The notes beneath the pieces are model-generated. The model ran no database searches, was not told the DNA's origin, and was given only the letters and a program-made list of their open reading frames with translations. Shown here one piece after another: positions 56,589-64,000 of a DNA stretch of 64,000 bases. Numbering within the stretch: position 1 is the first letter of the stretch; each line of letters starts with the position of its first letter. Origin of the DNA: Octopus vulgaris (Eukaryota); NCBI GenBank assembly GCA_951406725.2, contig OX597815.1, forward strand, positions 37,820,001 through 37,884,000. Reading direction: 5' to 3'. Both the position numbers and the translations under genes were made by a program.

Positions 56589-57027
56589 GATGAAATCCAC
56601 TCAATCACACGCCAGATTTTACCATAACGATAAATACGCATGTGGTTCAATTGATTACATCCGACGTTATAATTCAAATGCCCCAACTAACAGCGCGCCA
56701 AACTTTCACGGAAAACAAATACAGCATTTAGAAATAAATGCAGCATAATTATAATTAATTAATAAGGGTGAGAGAATTAGATACTAATTTAATAGTATAT
56801 CTATTCAACACCAAGTGGCCTAGTGCTACGAGAAACCTGGATTATTATAATATTTTATAACATATTATAATATTTTTACAAAATAAATATAAGAGAGTGG
56901 TCACTATATGGCTCACTCTAGCACCAGTTAATCCAAAAGGTTTCAACCACGAAAATACATGTTTCCCATGAAAGTCAGTACGATTGTTAGTTCACACGGA
57001 CAGGGCAAATAAAAAATAACAAAAATA

Positions 57028-57124
57028 CAGATTATTTTGGGACAATTGTTTCGCTATTAATGAATTAAATGTAATTTTACTTACAAAAAAAATCCATTTG
57101 TAGCTCGTCAGCCAAAACTATCTG
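57028..57124 (-). ncRNA. Type I hammerhead ribozyme (inverted copy 2)
   Basis: Reverse complement of the motif at 57272. Confidence 0.88.
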
Positions 57125-57271
57125 GATGTCCCAAAATAATCTGTATTTTTGTGAAAGTTTGGCGCGCTGTTAGTTGGGGCATTTGAATTATAACGTCGGA
57201 TGTAATCAATTGAACCACATGCGTATTTATCGTTATGGTAAAATCTGGCGTGTGATTGAGTGGATTTCATC

Positions 57272-57367
57272 CAGATAGTTTTGGCTGACGAGCTACAAAT
57301 GGATTTTTTTGTAAGTAAAATTACATTTAATTCATTAATAGCGAAACAATTGTCCCAAAATAATCTG
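57272..57367 (+). ncRNA. Type I hammerhead ribozyme, predicted cleavage after C57354
   Basis: CAGATAGTTTTGG [CTGACGA] GCTA...TAGC [GAAA] CAATTG [TC] CCAAAATAATCTG: stem I TTTTGG/CCAAAA extended by CAGAT/ATCTG, stem II GCTA/TAGC, palindromic stem III ACAATTGT, GUC triplet. Confidence 0.9.
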
Positions 57368-57806
57368 TATTTTTGTTATTTTTTATTTGCCCTGTCCGTG
57401 TGAACTAACAATCGTACTGACTTTCATGGGAAACATGTATTTTCGTGGTTGAAACCTTTTGGATTAACTGGTGCTAGAGTGAGCCATATAGTGACCACTC
57501 TCTTATATTTATTTTGTAAAAATATTATAATATGTTATAAAATATTATAATAATCCAGGTTTCTCGTAGCACTAGGCCACTTGGTGTTGAATAGATATAC
57601 TATTAAATTAGTATCTAATTCTCTCACCCTTATTAATTAATTATAATTATGCTGCATTTATTTCTAAATGCTGTATTTGTTTTCCGTGAAAGTTTGGCGC
57701 GCTGTTAGTTGGGGCATTTGAATTATAACGTCGGATGTAATCAATTGAACCACATGCGTATTTATCGTTATGGTAAAATCTGGCGTGTGATTGAGTGGAT
57801 TTCATC

Positions 57807-57903
57807 CAGATAGTTTTGGCTGACGAGCTACAAATGGATTTTTTTTGTAAGTAAAATTACATTTAATTCATTAATAGCGAAACAATTGTCCCAAAATAAT
57901 CTG
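57807..57903 (+). ncRNA. Type I hammerhead ribozyme, cleavage after 57890
   Basis: Same motif as 57272. Confidence 0.9.
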
Positions 57904-58342
57904 TATTTTTGTTATTTTTTATTTGCCCTGTCCGTGTGAACTAACAATCGTACTGACTTTCATGGGAAACATGTATTTTCGTGGTTGAAACCTTTTGGAT
58001 TAACTGGTGCTAGAGTGAGCCATATAGTGACCACTCTCTTATATTTATTTTGTAAAAATATTATAATATGTTATAAAATATTATAATAATCCAGGTTTCT
58101 CGTAGCACTAGGCCACTTGGTGTTGAATAGATATACTATTAAATTAGTATCTAATTCTCTCACCCTTATTAATTAATTATAATTATGCTGCATTTATTTC
58201 TAAATGCTGTATTTGTTTTCCGTGAAAGTTTGGCGCGCTGTTAGTTGGGGCATTTGAATTATAACGTCGGATGTAATCAATTGAACCACATGCGTATTTA
58301 TCGTTATGGTAAAATCTGGCGTGTGATTGAGTGGATTTCATC

Positions 58343-58439
58343 CAGATAGTTTTGGCTGACGAGCTACAAATGGATTTTTTTTGTAAGTAAAATTACATTT
58401 AATTCATTAATAGCGAAACAATTGTCCCAAAATAATCTG
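58343..58439 (+). ncRNA. Type I hammerhead ribozyme, cleavage after 58426
   Basis: Same motif as 57272. Confidence 0.9.
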
Positions 58440-58878
58440 TATTTTTGTTATTTTTTATTTGCCCTGTCCGTGTGAACTAACAATCGTACTGACTTTCATG
58501 GGAAACATGTATTTTCGTGGTTGAAACCTTTTGGATTAACTGGTGCTAGAGTGAGCCATATAGTGACCACTCTCTTATATTTATTTTGTAAAAATATTAT
58601 AATATGTTATAAAATATTATAATAATCCAGGTTTCTCGTAGCACTAGGCCACTTGGTGTTGAATAGATATACTATTAAATTAGTATCTAATTCTCTCACC
58701 CTTATTAATTAATTATAATTATGCTGCATTTATTTCTAAATGCTGTATTTGTTTTCCGTGAAAGTTTGGCGCGCTGTTAGTTGGGGCATTTGAATTATAA
58801 CGTCGGATGTAATCAATTGAACCACATGCGTATTTATCGTTATGGTAAAATCTGGCGTGTGATTGAGTGGATTTCATC

Positions 58879-58975
58879 CAGATAGTTTTGGCTGACGAGC
58901 TACAAATGGATTTTTTTTGTAAGTAAAATTACATTTAATTCATTAATAGCGAAACAATTGTCCCAAAATAATCTG
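58879..58975 (+). ncRNA. Type I hammerhead ribozyme, cleavage after 58962
   Basis: Same motif as 57272. Confidence 0.9.
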
Positions 58976-59414
58976 TATTTTTGTTATTTTTTATTTGCCC
59001 TGTCCGTGTGAACTAACAATCGTACTGACTTTCATGGGAAACATGTATTTTCGTGGTTGAAACCTTTTGGATTAACTGGTGCTAGAGTGAGCCATATAGT
59101 GACCACTCTCTTATATTTATTTTGTAAAAATATTATAATATGTTATAAAATATTATAATAATCCAGGTTTCTCGTAGCACTAGGCCACTTGGTGTTGAAT
59201 AGATATACTATTAAATTAGTATCTAATTCTCTCACCCTTATTAATTAATTATAATTATGCTGCATTTATTTCTAAATGCTGTATTTGTTTTCCGTGAAAG
59301 TTTGGCGCGCTGTTAGTTGGGGCATTTGAATTATAACGTCGGATGTAATCAATTGAACCACATGCGTATTTATCGTTATGGTAAAATCTGGCGTGTGATT
59401 GAGTGGATTTCATC

Positions 59415-59510
59415 CAGATAGTTTTGGCTGACGAGCTACAAATGGATTTTTTTGTAAGTAAAATTACATTTAATTCATTAATAGCGAAACAATTGTCCCA
59501 AAATAATCTG
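59415..59510 (+). ncRNA. Type I hammerhead ribozyme, cleavage after 59497
   Basis: Same motif as 57272. Confidence 0.9.
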
Positions 59511-59949
59511 TATTTTTGTTATTTTTTATTTGCCCTGTCCGTGTGAACTAACAATCGTACTGACTTTCATGGGAAACATGTATTTTCGTGGTTGAAACCT
59601 TTTGGATTAACTGGTGCTAGAGTGAGCCATATAGTGACCACTCTCTTATATTTATTTTGTAAAAATATTATAATATGTTATAAAATATTATAATAATCCA
59701 GGTTTCTCGTAGCACTAGGCCACTTGGTGTTGAATAGATATACTATTAAATTAGTATCTAATTCTCTCACCCTTATTAATTAATTATAATTATGCTGCAT
59801 TTATTTCTAAATGCTGTATTTGTTTTCCGTGAAAGTTTGGCGCGCTGTTAGTTGGGGCATTTGAATTATAACGTCGGATGTAATCAATTGAACCACATGC
59901 GTATTTATCGTTATGGTAAAATCTGGCGTGTGATTGAGTGGATTTCATC

Positions 59950-60046
59950 CAGATAGTTTTGGCTGACGAGCTACAAATGGATTTTTTTTGTAAGTAAAAT
60001 TACATTTAATTCATTAATAGCGAAACAATTGTCCCAAAATAATCTG
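59950..60046 (+). ncRNA. Type I hammerhead ribozyme, cleavage after 60033
   Basis: Same motif as 57272. Confidence 0.9.
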
Positions 60047-60485
60047 TATTTTTGTTATTTTTTATTTGCCCTGTCCGTGTGAACTAACAATCGTACTGAC
60101 TTTCATGGGAAACATGTATTTTCGTGGTTGAAACCTTTTGGATTAACTGGTGCTAGAGTGAGCCATATAGTGACCACTCTCTTATATTTATTTTGTAAAA
60201 ATATTATAATATGTTATAAAATATTATAATAATCCAGGTTTCTCGTAGCACTAGGCCACTTGGTGTTGAATAGATATACTATTAAATTAGTATCTAATTC
60301 TCTCACCCTTATTAATTAATTATAATTATGCTGCATTTATTTCTAAATGCTGTATTTGTTTTCCGTGAAAGTTTGGCGCGCTGTTAGTTGGGGCATTTGA
60401 ATTATAACGTCGGATGTAATCAATTGAACCACATGCGTATTTATCGTTATGGTAAAATCTGGCGTGTGATTGAGTGGATTTCATC

Positions 60486-60582
60486 CAGATAGTTTTGGCT
60501 GACGAGCTACAAATGGATTTTTTTTGTAAGTAAAATTACATTTAATTCATTAATAGCGAAACAATTGTCCCAAAATAATCTG
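60486..60582 (+). ncRNA. Type I hammerhead ribozyme, cleavage after 60569
   Basis: Same motif as 57272. Confidence 0.9.
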
Positions 60583-60725
60583 TATTTTTGTTATTTTTTA
60601 TTTGCCCTGTCCGTGTGAACTAACAATCGTACTGACTTTCATGGGAAACATGTATTTTCGTGGTTGAAACCTTTTGGATTAACTGGTGCTAGAGTGAGCC
60701 ATATAGTGACCACTCTCTTATATTT

Positions 60726-60773
<48 letters not shown>

Positions 60774-60864
60774 GTACGCACGTATGTGCGGACATGCGTG
60801 TGTATGTGTTTGTGTGTATGCTGTGCATATGTGCTTGCATTTATGAATATATACAACATATATA

Positions 60865-61291
60865 TTCTTTATTCTTTTATTCTTTTACTTGTTTCAGTCA
60901 TTTGACTGCGGCCATGCTAGAGCACCACCTTTTAGTCGAGCAAATCGACCCCATGACTTATTCTTTGTAAGCCTAGTACTTATTCTATCGGTCTTTTGGT
61001 GAACCACTAAGATACGTGGACGTAAACACACCAGCATCGGTTGTCAAGCGATGTTGGGGGGACAGACACAGACACACAAATATATACACACACATACATA
61101 TATATATATATATACATATATATGACGGGGTTTTTTCAGTTTCCGTCTACCAAACCAAATCCACTCACAAGAATTTGGTCCGCCCGAATCTATATCAGAA
61201 GACACCTGCCGAAGGTGCCACGCAGTGTGATTGAACTCGGAACTATGTGGTTGGTAAGCAAGCTACTTACCACGCAGACACTACTGCGCCT
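60865..61291 (-). mobile_element. Full-length tRNA-derived SINE (family of 25572)
   Basis: Colinear reverse complement of 25572-25980 with (AATAAAAG)n tail. Confidence 0.88.
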
Positions 61292-61488
61292 ATTAACAGT
61301 AATATATCATAATAATAATACATACAGTTCGATTTAAAGCAAGTGTTGAGTGAAGAATGATGAGCTAACCCAGGCCAAAACGAACCCTCATATATATTAT
61401 ATAGTTATTATTGTACTAAGAGACGTCCATATTCACTTTGTCTCAGTAAAGGTTTGTTTACAAATATTATATTTAGTATATATATATG

Positions 61489-61565
<77 letters not shown>

Positions 61566-61651
61566 AAGGATGAAAAGTAACACACGAGTTGATATATGTG
61601 AAAAAACAAGTCAAGATAGAAAATGCTAAAATAATTTTATAAAGAATATTT

Positions 61652-61688
61652 CAGTACCGGTTTCAGTCATTTGAGACGTTTTCAACTG
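61652..61688 (-). ncRNA. Minimal hammerhead-like motif in pLTR (U3-A8 variant)
   Basis: Minus strand CAG TTGAAAA CGTC TCAAAT GACT GAA ACCGGT A CTG. Confidence 0.55.
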
Positions 61689-62672
61689 TAACGATTAAAT
61701 AATTAAATTTAGAAAAATTAAAAGAAAAGTTTTTTTAAAAGAATATTTGTATAATGTTCAAATATAAGTGGCATTTTCCTTGTTTCTGCCTTTCTCTGTC
61801 TCTCTTTGTTTACACTTGTGGGTTCGAGGTCCTTGTGAATTCTTGGTAGGGAAGAAGAAGAAGGATGAAGAGAAGGCGGGGAGGCTTCATCGTTGAGAGG
61901 GTTTCCTCTCAACAATGAAGCCTTCGACATCATCCTCCAAAACATACCTCTGCTAAAGAAAGACTACAGAATGAACATAATCCTCCAAACATACACGATC
62001 ATAAAAAGCAAGAGACAGCCTAAATCTATGAAAAGTCTCCTAACACAAGCCCGAATTCGCTCATCAACACAGAAGCCGAGAGTAAAAGAATGTGGAAGAC
62101 CCAACTGCAGGATATGCGATTATCTAATTGAGGGATCAGAGTTCTCTTTCAAACAGGGACAACGGTTCACAGTGAAAAGCAACTTCACATGTGCTTCGGA
62201 GAACCTGATATACACACTAACCTGCTCTGGGTGTCAAGAGCAATACATAGACCAAACAAAAAATAGTTTGCGTAAAAGAATGGCCCTGCACAGATCCCAG
62301 ATAAAAATTCCCCAAAACAGAAAAAATAGCATTCAGCCAACACATAGATATTTGCGCCAACAACAAAACACCAAGCTTCGGGATTTTCCCCCTCTACCAA
62401 TTCAGGGACGATTCAACCTCGAGCCAACGAATAAGTAAAGAAACACTCTTTATTACAAAATACAGGCCCCTTCTGAACGGGTCTACGACAAACGATATAT
62501 CCACCTCGGTTTTAGAGTAACACAAATACACACGCAAATATTACATTCCTAAGAATCCATTAAAAATCAGCCCCAATCACAGCTATAACCCATAACGTGC
62601 CAACTTTAAGTCATACAACGCCACACTACTTCCACGCATTCATATTCTCCCTTCTCTTTCTTCTTCTTCTTC

Positions 62673-62747
<75 letters not shown>

Positions 62748-63201
62748 TTCTTCTTCTTCTTCTTCCACTTCTTCCTCTTCTCCCCTTTCTACTTCCTAGC
62801 TTTATCACTAATGCTTTTTAGTATAACACCTACGCAAATTCTATAAACAAACCTTTCAATAGAAATATTCTCATGAATTGAACAGCAACTGCTAGCCGCC
62901 ACTGACCAATCAAAATACGACAATCAAGGCACTTCCAAATTTCCTCCCCCTTCTCCTCATCCTTCTTCTTCTTCTTCTTCTTCTTCTTCTTCTTCTTCTT
63001 CTTCTTCTTCTTCTTCTTCTTCTTCTTCTTCTTCTTCTTCCCTACCAAGAATTCACAAGGACCTCGAACCCACAAGTGTAAACAAGAGAGACAGAGAAAA
63101 GCAGAAACAAAGAAAATGCCACTTATATTTGAACATTATACAAATATTCTTTTAAAAAAACTTTTCTTTTAATTTTTCTAAATTTAATTATTTAATCTTT
63201 A

Positions 63202-63238
63202 CAGTTGAAAAGGTCTCAAATGATTGAAACCGGTACTG
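63202..63238 (+). ncRNA. Minimal hammerhead-like motif in pLTR (U3-A8 variant)
   Basis: CAG TTGAAAA GGTC TCAAAT GATT GAA ACCGGT A CTG. Confidence 0.55.
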
Positions 63239-63288
63239 AAATGTTCTTTATAAAATTATTTTACCATTTTCTATCTTGACTTGTTTTT

Positions 63289-63337
<49 letters not shown>

Positions 63338-63344
63338 TACTCTT

Positions 63345-63560
63345 TGCATTTCTTTTACAACTTCCAGTCATTGTATTGCAGCCATGCTGGAGCACCAGAT
63401 TGAAGGGTTTGGTCGAACAAACCGATCCCATTAATGGCTTTATAAAAGGCTTGGGACTAATTTTCTTCGTAACATCTGTCAAACTGCTAAGTTTACTGGT
63501 CCTAAAGTAACCTACAGCAGTTGCCACGCAGTGCGTGAGGTACTCAAATACAAACACAAA
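63345..63560 (-). mobile_element. 3' part of SINE (family of 25572)
   Basis: CAGTCATTGTATTGCAGCCATGCTGGAGCACC tail on minus strand. Confidence 0.6.
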
Positions 63561-64000
63561 GGTACACACGCACACACACGCGCGCGCGCGCATACATACA
63601 TACGGAATAAGTATTTGAAATCCGGATACCTTGTGAGCTAGGTGAGAAATTCACAAGAAAAATACTTGTTTCAACGTGAAAACTAAGAAAAGAATTATGA
63701 CAAAGAAAATTGATAATAATAATGATATTCGAAACTAATCTCTTTTGGGTGACGTTATTTATGGTGAGGTTTAGTAATCTAGCTTTGGCAGAGAAATGTC
63801 GGTCGACGAATATAAGTTTGCAAATTTATACCAAGCTTACATACAAAGGAATGGAAGTACTAGAAATAATGTGAAATAATTTTTTTTACTAGGAATCGTA
63901 AGCGGTTATCGAATAAAACAAAACTCGAGTGTATGATTTAGATGATCTCGAAAATATATTTGCATTGGGTGTAGAATAATAAATAGGAGATTAAACTTTG

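Larger units (their letters stand above)
56215..60726. repeat. 535-536 bp tandem array with internal inversion: ~1.7 units in minus orientation then ~6.7 units in plus orientation; candidate retrozyme or pLTR multimer
   Basis: CTGACGA recurs at 57285, 57820, 58356, 58892, 59428, 59963 and 60499; copies appear identical apart from a T7/T8 run; flanked by (TA)n; no ORF of 60 aa or more lies wholly inside. Confidence 0.97.
61598..63292 (+). mobile_element. 5'-truncated Penelope-like retroelement (GIY-YIG region) with inverted pseudo-LTRs, inserted in (TA)n
   Basis: ORF 61893-62438: RQPKSMKSLL, CGRPNCRIC, FTCASENLIYTLTCSGCQEQYIDQTKNSLRKRMALHRSQI (GIY-YIG with upstream Cys cluster), frameshifted; 61598-61885 is the inverted copy of 62941-63292. 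Confidence 0.92.

Noticed and set aside
56215-60726. Array as CRISPR, rDNA/5S or coding repeat
   Set aside because: No unique spacers, no rRNA/snRNA similarity recognised, no ORF; eukaryotic context
62597-63075. Poly-His and poly-Lys ORFs
   Set aside because: (CAT)n and (TTC)n tracts in the PLE 3' region

Overview
AT-rich, microsatellite-dense eukaryotic DNA. The SINE, Helitron and Penelope repertoire suggests an octopus/cephalopod genome (inference). Only one convincing host gene is present: a single-coding-exon rhodopsin-class GPCR on the minus strand (10440-11555), preceded by a clear splice acceptor. The rest is mostly decayed mobile DNA: tRNA-derived SINEs, non-autonomous Helitrons, Tc1/mariner elements and MITEs, an L1/Tx1-like LINE, an RTE tail, a Gypsy remnant and several Penelope-like elements (PLEs) with inverted terminal repeats. 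The standout is a non-coding 535-536 bp tandem array (about 56215-60726) inserted in (TA)n. Every unit carries an intact type I hammerhead ribozyme (7 on +, 2 on -), and the array's inversion junction begins at the predicted ribozyme cleavage site. This is a candidate retrozyme/circular-RNA element. Further minimal and variant hammerhead motifs occur in neighbouring PLE terminal repeats. All calls are by-eye readings; no searches or folding computations were run.
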